A stretch of DNA of 64,000 nucleotides from Kudoa neothunni (lineage: Eukaryota; Animalia; Cnidaria): positions 3,622,440 to 3,686,439 of the forward strand of contig OZ199838.1 in NCBI GenBank assembly GCA_964304625.1, in the 5' to 3' direction. A program made the position numbers and the translations under genes. Below the pieces are notes generated by a model. That model was not told the origin of the DNA, did not search any database, and was given only the letters and a program-made list of their open reading frames with translations. Below are positions 25,967-39,085 of this stretch, one piece after another. Numbering within the stretch: position 1 is the stretch's first letter; the number at the start of each line of letters is the position of its first letter.

Positions 25967-28900
25967 ATGCTACAAGATGGGATTGAGTTAAAAGACGAGA
26001 ATCTTCATATTGATAAGGAATTCGAACACAGACTTGAGCGATATATTTCTCGAAAGAAAAACAATCTTGTTCTACAGTTGTTGTCTAGATATCCTCAACT
26101 CTGTCGTCATAAATTTCACGTATACATAGCTTTTTTTTGATGTTTCAATAAATATTCTGATACTTTACGAATAAATTCCTATTTATCTTGGTTTCTAGAA
26201 CCACATGACTCTAGCTCATTTGGCTGCAAAATATGATAATGTCACACTTCTAGCTAGTGTCATCGCAAATGGTTGTGATTTGGAAGCCACAACTAAACAG
26301 GTTGTTCATTTTGGCGTTTTGATTATTTTAATGTGGAATTTTCAAATTAGGAAATACAAACACCCTTGTGCATTTGCTGTGTGAATGGTAGTGTGAATAG
26401 CGCACATTTGCTGATTGAGAACAAGGCCACACTCGATAATCACGATATTGTAGAGGGTAATAGGGTTCGTTTGGTTGATATTGAATTTAGTACGGAAATA
26501 CCCCTTTATTCTATGCACTTCAACAGCGTTGTTTTGATTTATGCAAAAGTTTGTTAAAAGCTGGATCCACCTATAAATATGGTTTGATGGTAGGCAGATT
26601 AAGTTCATTGTGAAAACTAATAAATTGAAAGGAATCTCGCTCCATTTTCCAAGACCTCGAAAGTATGCAGAATCTACAGTTGATCGTTGAATTTGCCGAA
26701 TGTATCAAGGTATGTGAGAGAGGGATTTTTTGTTAAGCCGTATTAAAAAAAATTAGAAATACTTTAATTATATTCATTTGGCTACCAGACTAAATTTGAC
26801 TTCACTTCTACGTTACTACTTGCAAAAATACCCACATATTGATATTGATGAGAGAAATAATGTAATTCCTTTTGTTTGATATTTACATCGTTTATGGGGA
26901 ATTTTGATTAAGGTCGGAATGACTTCTTCGCATATAGCAGCCAAAAACAATTGTGTAGATGTTACAAAAGTTTTGATCGAATATGGTGCCGATTTGACTA
27001 TAAGAGATAATGTGTGTTGGTCCTAATATTAAGGAGGTTTGTATTTTTAAATTATTTATAGCTGGGACATCTGCCTGTACATCTCGCAGTCAAGTATAAC
27101 TCTAAGGAAGTGTTAGAACTTTTGATGCCAAATTATTTGACTGATATCAACTCACCTGATAATGTATATTGTTTGTTGTTGAATGTTGGTGTTTATATAA
27201 ATTCGATCTAGCTTGGCTACAGTATTTTACTGCATGGTATTGAGTCTGGATTGGAAACTGCTCTAATTGAAGAATTTCTTCGACTCGGTGCCAATGAAAC
27301 GAATCAACTCAAAGTTTCATCTCCATAATTGTATTTTTGTTTGATAGCCTAATTTTCAGAAAAATGGAAATACTGCTTTACATCTGGCAGTAATTCATCG
27401 ACGATTTGATATCGTCAAACTACTTTTGTCCTATAGTTTCACGGTGGACATTACAAATAATGTATGTTGAATTTATTAGGTGATTCATAATAAAAAGAAT
27501 TGACTAATATTATTAGGATGGGGTTACTCCACTTCATTTAGCAATCAATATTGAAAAAAATAACGAAATGGTGACTCTACTGATGGACTCAAGGGCAAAC
27601 GTACTGCTTGAATCTCGAGTAGGCGAACAATTCTATTTCTCCTCGTAATTTTTTATGATTAGGCGGGAATGAACGCTGTTTTCTATTCACTCTATAATGG
27701 ATTTGATAACTACTTTCGAATGGCATTGGACCATTGCAATAATGTCAACTATATTAATAAGGTAACTTGGATATGGCTTGCTATTTTTTGTTGAGACTAA
27801 AAGCTGTCGAATAATTAGGATGGTTATGGTGCACTTCATTTGGCTTGTTCCATTGGAAACTTTGAATGTGTAAAACTACTGGTGCTTCATGGAGCAGAAC
27901 TTGACATTAGAGGAAAGGTATAACTATAAAAGGTGTAGTGAATGTGTGGAAATATTTTTCTTATTGATTAACTGATGTTGTGTCCGATTAGTTTGGAGAA
28001 AGCCCTCTTCATTGGGCAGCTTGGCGAAATCATCACAACATCGCTAATCTACTTCTCGATCACAATGTCGCAGTAGATCTGATTGATGAAGTATGGTTAA
28101 TGTTGTGTAATAGTATGTTAAAAGCTTCACATTTTCTCCAGAACAATAACACCCCATTGTATTATTCGTGTATGAAAGGTCATTTTGAAGTTTCAAAACT
28201 ATTATTAGCTTATGGCGCCAACCCCAATCATATGAATAATGTAATTGATATCAAAGTGTTTTAGAGTTGATTTTTGTTTAGGATGGTGTCACACCAGGTA
28301 TTTGTGCCGTTAGGGGTAACAACAGCAATCTTGTAAAGTGTTTGGTTGATGATTTTTCAATTGATATCAACTACCGTCTACAAGTATTTAGTGCCATTTT
28401 TCGCAACTTTAATGCGATTTCAGGCAGGGCTAATGAATATTTATTATAATTATTACCATATATTTATCACTATCAATTAATAATAAGTAATTAACTTAAT
28501 TATGACCATCTTGGTATATGATTTACATGGAAATCATGTAGCCATGCATCCATGTAGATTAATTTTGGCGAGTCCAAGATGAAAGTCTTTTTATAAATTT
28601 GAAATATGAATGTTTTTGGCGTTAATTAATTTTTGAAAACCTTAAAATAAAATGAATAAAATATTCTATTAAGCAGTGATTTCAACATTATTTATTCTCG
28701 AAGTATTTAAAAAAATTAATTACATTATTATCCAAATCATATAAAAACCTCTAAAAATCAAGTTGTTTATTTTTAACAAATTTTAAATTAATTAAAGAAT
28801 TTTTATAAAACAAGTAATATTGATGAAGTTTGGAAAAGCGCAAATAAATTGTTTGTTTAAATCTTCATGTATGTTCAATTAAATTAAATACAACTCTATT

Positions 28901-31900
28901 GAGCTATAAAAAATCTTTTTAGTGTATTAATAAATATAAATTTTAACGAAATAACATTAATTAAATTTATTTAAAAATATTTAATACTCATAAACGTCAA
29001 TCGTAAAAATAAGTATATTACAGTCGAACCTCGATTATCCGGAAACCGGAAGAACCATTTGATCATATTTCCGGATAAAAGTACCACCCATCACCTTACG
29101 ACATGTATAAGGTGGCATATATACCAACGCAATATTTAAAACAAAAATAGTTCTAGGTTATTTATTAATAAATTTTCCTTTTAAAAGTAGGTTAAGAATT
29201 CAGTTCTTATACAAGTTTGTACTATATCTGAACACATGGCAGTATGCATATTAAATAAAAATTAATTATCGATTATTTAAAAAAATAGGTTACTCCTCTG
29301 TGGACGTGTAAAAATTGTCATAATTATGTACTGTTTTTCCTTTATGTCTCCATATTCTTAGTTAATAGATAGTCAACATTTTTAATTTATGTCGCAGAAG
29401 ATAAAATATTTTATTTCATAAATAATAAAAAATTTTTCAACCCGCTCTGGCATGATTCACTGTTTATGTTTGATTAACCGGAACCTCTATTCGGAAAGAA
29501 AGTCGCTGGGAAAAAATTTTTCAGATGATCGAGCTTTGATTATATAATCCATTTTTATTTATATCAAGGTAAATTAATTAATTTATGTTTTATAATATTT
29601 TATTATATGAATTATTAGAATTAAAATTTTTTTCGTTTAAAAAATTATCAAAATTAGATTAAAATACCATGAAAGTGATTTTTTATTTTATTTTTAATAG
29701 TTTTATCTTTGAAAATAATTTCTAATTATTCCATTGTTGTAATTGGTCATAGTAACTTTTTTAAGAATAATAAAAAAATAAATTAACAAAATTTTTTAAT
29801 TTTCTTAAAAAAGTAGAATAGGAGGATATTAAAAAATTGAATTTTAATATCTCCTTGTAAATGAAACTATATAAAATGAACTCTATGAAAAAATATCAAC
29901 GTAAAGCCAAAAATATAAAATTTCGACATCAACAAAACATCCAAAACTCAGTAGTTGAATAGGTTTAAGAAAATTTGATTAAACATGTTACTGTCACAAG
30001 GAAACAACTTAACTTAGTTGATTTCATTTAGGGATGCTATTCGTTGATGTATTTCGCAATGTATTGCGGAAATCTTTCTATTGTTAACTTTTTGTTAAAT
30101 AAAACTTTAGCGTTGGATGAAGTTATTGATGTATTTACCTAGTTTTAATTGAAATAAATAAAATTAATGTGACTTAGGAGAGATTTACTCCTTTTTCTAT
30201 CGCTGTTCTTTGTGATAACGCCGAACTATGTTTCCAATTGTATTCTCTATACAACTACACTTGTTGTAAACCATTTGTAATTAGAATCCGAGTCCGGAGA
30301 GATTTTAACCATCTACCTATTTAGACGTCGTTCAAAATTACCATCACCCATCTTATCGGAATTGCTGGCAGTATCAGAACGTTTCAAGTGCTTAGTAACA
30401 TGAAGCGTTTCAGGGAAACTCTTGGAACTCCCACTAAAGTTTACTCTTACCACATATAATTTAAAAATAACGTATGTTTTAATAGTTTGGAGATACAATA
30501 CTCCATTTCGCAGCCACTTACGGTCATTACAATTTGTGCAGTCTTATAATCAAGTTGGATTCTACGTTGATCCCAAAAGAAAATTGCGTATTTTCCAAAT
30601 TTAACCACATGGGGTAGCCAATTTTTAACTTTATTCGTTAGAATGGTTTTAAAGCTATTCACTGTGCTATTATTTCACAAAAACTGGATGTGTTTAAGCT
30701 ACTCCTCAAATATAACGACAATATTCAATGTGTCGACCAATATGGCAACAATTTTGCTCATCTAAGCGTACTCCGTTGTTCTAACAAAATAACAATGGAG
30801 CTGTTAAAACATGTGGAATTATTTGAAGCTAGAAACTATCAAGGTCTTACCCCGAAAGCAATGTTGGCTGCCCTGGATATTTTAAAACGCTTGGGTCTCT
30901 CCTTCTTTAGTAGTGGAAAAGGAGTAGATTTTAACTACAATCATGACCCCTCTCTTGAACAACAAATTACCACCATCACCCAAGTGGATCTCAAGGTTTT
31001 TTTAGAAAGTTTGTATGAATACTTGAGTGTGACCAACTTGGCCAATTTCGCCAACTATTTTCTAATCCCAAAAGATATCAGTGTTTGCCTCCGAATGAAA
31101 CACTCAAACAAATTTATCTCTAACAAAACCTCAATCGAATATACTCATTGTGTCTTTGATGATGAGATGGCTCAATTTATCGAGTCACATCTTCACAGCA
31201 CGCGACTCTGCCAAAATCAATCCAGTAGCGAGAATCATGGTTGGATTTACAGTAGAATTCCAAATGAAATTGATTCGGTTACTGCGGCTATTAAACCATC
31301 TCTTCTAATCACTAACCAGTATTTATGGTATAAAGTGGTATATTAAAAAATATTGTGTTCGATAGGGATAATTTGATGCTGGAGTTGGCTGGGTGTGGAT
31401 TGGTTGCATTCTACAATGGACTGATTGTGATTATACCTCATCAACCAATGGAAACTGACCATGTCGTTGTTAGTATTAAAAAGTTGACCCACTCTACTCG
31501 TTATGAATCTGAGGTTAGCAAAGAACATTCTTTTTGCAAACGATTGAGCAATTTTCTGGAGGTTACTGTTACAGAGGGAAGTTTTCGAAATGTAATAACT
31601 TGCTACGTGGGGTTCAATAAAGAATCCCTTATAATTAACACAACCCAAAGCTTCAATCACGAATATGTGGGTTTGTTGAAAGAGGTTGATGCAAATGGTG
31701 ACGCTTGGTCGTATGGCACTTTGGCGTCTAAAAGTATATTGATTTTCTTCACATCACAAACTCCTCCAATCGTGTATAATCATTCTGTTTAGATGCATCC
31801 AACGAACTGAAACAACTATCCGCATTGTTCAATGCTAACAACCGATCAAACAAATTTTTATTTTATAATTTGGAATTTCGTGAAAAAATGTGCTGTTTTG

Positions 31901-32821
31901 TGTGCTACCAACCGTGCTTCAAACAACTCCGATCCAAGACCCTCTCCTTACCGGACAGCACTAACTTTAATGTCAAAATTATTCCTTCCAATCGCATTAG
32001 ATTCGATAAAAAATATTCATCCACTTTCAGTGATATTATTCGAGTGGAACCACTGCATAACTCAGAAAAAGAACTCACAGCTGTGTTTAGTGTGATACTG
32101 AATGTCTCCGATCCTAATCTTACACCATCATCCATCTCAGACTACAAAATATTCCGATACGACTCAAACTGCTCCAACAACTATTGGACCCTCAGCTCAC
32201 GAGATTATGTTACTGGCATCAATAGGAATGTTATTGATATCAAAATTGTATTTAATAAAGCATGCTAGTAATTTGGTGATGTTTGTGACTGCAGCGATAG
32301 TTAATATTTTTAGTGTATGGATTTTTTGTGACGGGGGCAGGCTGTCGAAAAATCATCAACTTCTTGTGAACCGGTCGTTCACCAAATCCATCAATTTCTG
32401 TTACAACACTCTCACCAAGCTCACCATTATGCGGAATCGAAAATGGCTAAACAATGCTTTAGTTATTTTTGAATTTTCTTTTGCGTTGTCAACCGAAAGA
32501 AAACCATTTGCTGATCTAAATCAAAAAGAACTTTTTCTCATTTTCACCAAACAACAAGATATCACACTGATCTACGGTCAGCAGCTTCAAATTGTCGCCC
32601 TTGTTGATGGGAAATCAGCCGGATTTATTGATTGTAACAACCGATATCTGCCATATATTAACTATTTTGCGGATCCTTGGTTGTCCAACACTTTCAACTG
32701 CTATCTGACTCCAATAGCATTCTCTGAAGAATCGTCCAACCTCGAAATTCAATTTCTTGACCCAGAAGTTGACAACGAAACCAAGTGCTCACCTATTGCT
32801 AGCTTTTTAGTTTCTCTCTAA
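25967..32821 (+). CDS. Divergent ankyrin-like protein: ~20-22 ANK repeats, ZU5-ZU5-UPA, no C-terminal death domain
   Basis: Successive ~99-102 nt exons encode repeats (GNTALHLAV, DGVTPLHLA, FGESPLHWAA, NNNTPLYYSC, GDTILHFAA); GLIVIIP..LSNFLEV (ZU5A-like); FSDIIRVEP (ZU5B FSPIVTVEP); QQDITLIYGQQL (UPA KDIEVLEGKPI). Start codon uncertain; large intron 28384-30031. Confidence 0.8.
29021..29542. mobile_element. pogo/Tigger-type MITE in the ankyrin gene's large intron
   Basis: TA-CAGTCGAACCTCGATTATCCGG at left; degenerate inverse TCAGATGATCGAGCTTTGATTA-TA at right. Confidence 0.6.
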
Positions 32822-33589
32822 TTCAAATGGTTTTAAATGATTGAATAATTGTTTTTATGTTTGGTTTCGCTAAAAAAATTTAAAATCCAACAAACTATTT
32901 ATTATTATGCACACATTTATTTCGTATTTGTATTTTAAAGGATTCAATTTTTTTCATTTTTAAGTTTCCTATTTAATCGTCGAATTTTTATAAAATAAAC
33001 GTCGAAAATTACGATCCCTATATATAACCAATGTAGTCCTAGCAGTTGGCTGGTTTTTATGCAATCCCCTTTAGACTATTGGAGATGGTGCAAGATTGAG
33101 CTGGTCCAGTTTTAATCATTATTTTTTGCGCGTACTAAAACATACAAAGCTGTTTAATATATTAGAATTGCATAAACTAAAGCCAAAAATTAATTATTTA
33201 CACTCAAAATCAAAATGTCCCGAAGTAATTTTAAAAATATTTCTTTATAACAATGTAACCATTATTATTTAATATTTTTGTAGAAATATTAAATTGTTTT
33301 CATTCCCTTTGATAAATTAAAGAGATATAAAAATGATTAATGCTTTTCAAAAATTTTATCAGCTTAAGTTTTGTTTTTTGAGATATTATTTAAGCCGATA
33401 TATGATATATATTAAAGTGTCTTTATGGACCGATCTTACATCTCTTTGGAGGATCCTGTGAAATTATTCTATTATCTTATATTTTTATCTGCTAGTTTTG
33501 TTGGTTGTTTTATTTTTGTTAAAATTAAACTTGATTAATGAATTTAGAGAACAAGATATAAAAAGAAAAATTAATGATAGAATTGACGA

Positions 33590-33599
33590 GTCACGTGAT
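33590..33599. promoter_or_regulatory. CLEAR-like E-box GTCACGTGAT ~300 bp upstream of the saposin-like gene
   Basis: 9/10 match to GTCACGTGAC; a similar 20-mer occurs at 39110, so it may be repeat-derived. Confidence 0.3.
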
Positions 33600-33893
33600 C
33601 AACATTATAGAAAATGTTGAGTCTTAATATATATCTAAATCTTTCAATAAAAAAATATTAAATATTTACTTAAATTTAAATTTCGTAAATTTTTTTAGTT
33701 TGAAAAAAGTGTGTATAATTGGACAATGATTATTACAATATTTGTTTGAATGGCGTGATAAATTCAGTTTTATAAATTTATTATATTACGTATTTTAATT
33801 TATTTATTTATTTCACCCAAATTTTCATCTTCCATGCAACATAAATCAAAAGCAGACAAAAGATTGTTTTAGCGAATGATAACCAGTTTGACC

Positions 33894-36800
33894 ATGGAAA
33901 ATAAATCGGTTGTCAAATGTTTATTATTTATTGTGTTTATCTTTTGTTGTAATAGTTTAATACAAGCTATAGTTATTTTAATTGCTTTAGCTCGGGTAAT
34001 AGTTAACAACAACCTCATCTTCCAGAGTCCTATAGTAGGTTTTTATTGCATTTTTTAGATATGAATTTGCATTTGTTTATTTTAGACTAATTTTCCTATT
34101 GGAATAAAAAATTGTACGAAAAGTTTGAAAATTTATCATCAAAATTGGTTTGAAGCGTTTTTGAAGCAACATTGCAAAAGAAACTATGTAGACAAACTAC
34201 AATTATTTTACAAACTCTCACTTTTATATAGTGCTATCACAAAAAAACTATGCTTCAAGATTATGTATCATTTGTGAGATTCTTTCTCAAAAGAAAAACT
34301 TTTTGCAGGTACTTTGCAAATTGTACCGCCAACCAGGGTAGGTGAGAATTGTTTTTGGTTTATCAGAAATATTTTGATATAGTATTCAGTATGGACAACG
34401 AATGTTTAACATGCCGCATAATAGTCAAATGCTTTCTCTGAGATTGTGTAAGAATTAATTTAGACCCCTACCACTATCATGGGAAGGATGGCATCCTCCA
34501 ATTTCTCTGCTAGTTATTCAGATTTCGTATGCAACTTTGGGGCCTCAAATATTACACAAAATATTTATGAGCATAATTTGGTAGTACACGTAGATAAATG
34601 CCTCTAACGTAGTAATTTTAGTGTGTGGTGTTAAGCAGATACTTTGCTAAAAACGTTTGGAAATACAATCGTTTTATGTCTTCTTACCAATTCTGTTCCG
34701 CTATGGGAGCTTGCTTAAATCCACAGATCGAAAATATAACTTTGTAAATTGTTTCTATCTGCATTCTTTTCAACCATTTTTAGATTTTTGCCTTAGAAAT
34801 GCTTCAAATAATATTAATCAATTAGAATTTACTTCGTTCCGACCTCAGCTGATTATTTTGATATATATATTTCCTAGTCCAAATTTATACATTTCGAAGT
34901 TTCATACCTAAAATAATTTTTAATTGGCTTTAAAGTTTCAGACGGTTTAATAAAACCAACGACAACTTGGCAGCTGACTTTGAAACAGGATAATCGAAAT
35001 AGCATGGAATTTTGTTCCATAATTTAGATTAAATCCGTACGAAAGTAATATTACCATTATATTAAGTTAACGGCAAAGAAATTAAATTAATTATTACGTT
35101 ATTGTAATATTCTTGTTAGAATCAGAAATAACAATCGTAGCAAACGATACCACAGGTTAAATAATAATGGTCACATGCCATGTAATAATATAAAATACAG
35201 TGTGCACGCCATTACACATAGTATAAATTGTACCAACACATTTCAGTTAATAAATTGGTAATTATAAATCATGTGACACTTGAAAACACCCTTTGGAGCA
35301 CATTTTTATTGGCGAGTTATTCACAATTCTTTTAAATAAAATTAATAAATACGAAGTGCAAAAATTAAGCTTTAAGAAATAATTTTTCAACGTTAACGCA
35401 GCTTTTAATTCGGACATGATCGTTCCCACGTTAAATCTCTCGTTTGTTTACAACAACTTCTGAATTTCCTTATTCTTCGTATATTATAAAACATTTGTTA
35501 TTTAAAAAGACCTAACTTATTTTTTACCATAATTAATTGAGTTTAGAATGGGTTTATGTGCGATGTATTAAGATGTTATATTTTGCAGACCGAACAAACT
35601 TTTTCCTCATATCACGATGATTGAAATGAGAATTTGACAATTATTTTTTATGCAAAAATAAAATTTTTAGTTTATATATATTTTTGGAATATTTACACTA
35701 AGAAGAAAAAATGTTACGACCAAAATAGTAAAAAAATCCGAGCACGAAAAAGTTAAATATTGTTCAACTTTTAATTTCGACATTTTAATGAAGATGGTGA
35801 CTACTTGCAGTACAAATAGACATTATATTTAATGAATACGTTACTTAAAAAAATATTAACAATTATGTTCGTCCTAAAATTTAGAATAAAGCAAAAATAA
35901 TAAAAAGTATAAAATAATTGATCTTTAATCTTTTAGATATAACATTATTTCAGACATTAAATAAATTAAGTTGACCTTTTATGACAATAGATGAAACAAT
36001 TATTTGATGATGTTAATCCCATTATTTTCAAAAATCTATTAATTTAAACTTAAAAGGTTAGTTTCATGATGTCAAAATAATTAAATACATCCAAATTTAA
36101 TGAATATTTTAGTTTTTCAATAGTATTGCTATTTGAATGTCCAATTAGCCCAAAAGTGTTATTTTGTTCAATATTGTTTTGAAATATATTTCAGAAGAAT
36201 ATTAATTAAAATTTTTAAAAATAGTTAATAATTGTTGACAATTAAATTGTATCCCAGATATAACTTTTTAACGTTTCAAAAATTTTTTAGATACACACGT
36301 TTAATTTTACTAAATTATCCAAAAAATCAAAGTAATGATATATTTTAAAACATTTTTTGCAGCAGAATTTTGATAAAACGATTAATTAATGCAAAGTTGG
36401 TTGTTAATGATCTAGATCGACATAACTCTTAGATTATAACGATATTGTTGTCATCGATATAATTATGTTTTCATTTTTTTATTAAAATTATGCGATATAT
36501 AATATAAAATGTTTATTATTCATTTTACTTTCAGGAGAGATGAGAGCATTTCAATTCAATTTTGATATATTTTCTCTCAAAGGTATAAATAATATATTTT
36601 ACGCTTTAATTGTAACATGGTTTAATTTACTGATGGATCGCGAACTTCTGAAATACTTTCAATGAATTATCTAATGGTAAAAGCCGGTGAGTTAGAGATT
36701 ATCGGGAAAATTTCGATTTTATAAATTTTTAGATATTAAATTCTTATCAGATAAAATATGAGACAGATTGAATTTGGTACGACGTTTAACGAAATATTAC

Positions 36801-37658
36801 AAAAGTATATGGAACCAGATTAATAAGTAAATATTCTTTCGAAAATATTCTTTTGTTTATATATCTGTAGATGAATTATTATTATTATAGACTCTTTCTC
36901 ATGATTAAAAAATATTTTTATAGTTATGTAGAAAACCGAAATTAACTTCGCATAAATTTACGAAAATTCCCGCATTGTACATAATATATCAAGTTGATTT
37001 ATTGGAGAATATTTTTTCTGAATAAAGAAACTTCATCGATATTTAAAAGTATTAAATTAATCATTACTTAAATAACCTAGTTATCTTGTATCAATACGAA
37101 TTTTTGATAAGTCTCTTGAAACCATACTCTGACTTAGCCGAAAAAAAATATTTGTGGGAGTGATTGTTTACATATTAAGTAGAAAGATAAATTAGGCGTA
37201 ATTATGACAAAGAAGGCTTTCTTTGCAGCTTGTAGTCAAACTTCTAAAATCAGTAACTCAACCAAATTTTTAGTCATTTTCCTATTATCACAATGCTTAC
37301 AACAAGTCCCTTTTTCAAATCTAACAATAGTGGTAATAAACGACAATAAAGTTACGAATAATTATATTCATAGAATAATGTAACAAATGAGTTTGATAAT
37401 TTTGCCGCTCAAATCCAACAAAAATATATCGGCGGATTTGTGAGTCTTCAGAGCCATCTATGTTCTCAGAAAGATATTAAAGTTTAATCAGCATCAATTA
37501 GATTTGCTTAAGCCATGATTTAGTGTGAAGAACCTACCAAAAAATTAAACAATTTCGAGATATTTTTAAACCGATCGGTGTCCATTCAAAATGTTTGCCA
37601 TTATTTCGCTCTTTGTCAGAAAAATGAAAGTTTTTTAGCATACTACAAATTTTCTTAA
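33894..37658 (+). CDS. Putative secreted Cys-patterned saposin-like (SAPLIP/prosaposin-like) protein with many small exons; middle exons unresolved
   Basis: accATGg start and hydrophobic N terminus; exons encode FLKQHCKRNY|CYH..VLCKL, DFVCNF..NL|CVVLSRYFAKNVWKYNRFMSSYQFCSAMGAC and CEEPTKK..IQNVCHYFALC, resembling saposin-B C-terminal motifs. Could be two genes or partly pseudogenised. Confidence 0.45.
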
Positions 37659-38419
37659 ATAAATTGTTATAGTGCGTATTTTTGATGCATCGGATCTTAA
37701 TTGCAACATTCTGGTAACATTAATCATAGAAATTATAGTATTAAGGTACTTCTATTTTAAGCTACAAAGTTTCAATTACCTAGACTTGGGGAATGATCTA
37801 GTAAAGGATGCCTTTACACGGAAACTATGTTTCAACGCTACAAAACCTACAATCAATAACCTGATTGTATATAATATTTATTTTAGTGTAAACTAATATA
37901 TAAAAGTGCAAAATATCAGTAAGAGCATCCTTAAAGGCAATAAACCATGTTCTTCTTAAACTATATGGCCCAAACACCAACTCTGAGGTTGGATTTTGTG
38001 TGGCATCCTCATTTAGAGATCTAAAAAAGAAACCCAGGTAACAAATAAATTACCAGTTTAATATCAATTTTTATAGTATTAAACTTTGAATATCTTCTCA
38101 TGGTATGCAAGAAAATGAAAAAAATATTTTATCTACATTTTTACGGTAAACATAACGTAACGACGTGTTCGGTAACCTCCATTTAATTGTATTTTTATGG
38201 ATGCGCTGAAAATTCATTACACATATCTTGAAAAATTTTAGGATCTTGTGGGTTTTCCATGAATGTTAAGTTTACGAGGTCAAAATATAAAATCACCGCC
38301 TACGAAATTAAAACAATTAATTGTAATAGGTCGCATTCATATTTTATATTTTTTTATTAATAAGCTATCAAACTAACTGTCTTTTAAATTAATCCCATGA
38401 GGTATCAAAAAACGAATTA

Positions 38420-39085
38420 CCTCCTTCGATTTTGGGATGAAATACACCCCAGAGTCGTTTTAAGTGATTTAAACAAAAAATTTGGATTCAATTTATCCAT
38501 AAAACTTTATATGGTTTGACACATTACATTCAGAGAAAAAGTGTCATTACTCACATTATTAATGCTCAAAAAATTTTGTACGGCTTAAGTCATAAGTCAC
38601 CAATTCTTCGGTAACGCACAAAAATAAAAAATTTAACTATGATGTATTTTATCTTAATTTCAAACTTAGTTTATTTTTTTAATACGATGAGCTAAGATAG
38701 AATTTATTTTGAATAATAAACACATTTTTTTGGTGTATAATTAAGGAAAAATTATGCCGGGGTGAATTTCACCCCAAAATCCCTAGAGCAATGTTTCTCA
38801 ACGTGGGGCGAGACAAATTTTTTTGTGAGGAATGGAAATTGTTAAACGTTTAATGAATCGCTCTGGTGGGGTGCAGAAAATCCTGAGTATTGGTATGACA
38901 CGGATAATGATGAGATAATTGGGCAGTATGACGTACTTTGTAAATAATTTCGCGATTTTCGATATCGCTAATTTTTAAGTGACGATTAACATCACAAAAA
39001 TTTTATAGAAAGGTGGGACACGAAACTTTTTTTCTGGAAAAAGTGGGGCGTGACAAAAAAAGTTGGAAGACACTGCCCTAGAGGG
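38420..39085. mobile_element. piggyBac-type MITE interrupted in its right terminus by a Buster MITE
   Basis: With the insert removed the right end reads GGGGTGAATTTCACCCCAAAATCCCTAGAGGG-TTAA; the left end is a degenerate inverse (CCTCCTTCGATTTTGGGATGAAATACACCCC). Confidence 0.6.
38789..39075. mobile_element. Buster-type hAT MITE, 287 bp
   Basis: TIRs CAATGTTTCTCAAC / GTTGGAAGACACTG; perfect 8-bp TSD ccctagag (38781-38788, 39076-39083) with central TA. Confidence 0.88.

Noticed and set aside
36730-37010. Alternative genetic code (stop reassignment) suggested by in-frame stops
   Set aside because: The conserved genes read normally and end in TAA or TGA; unresolved splicing or decay is the simpler explanation
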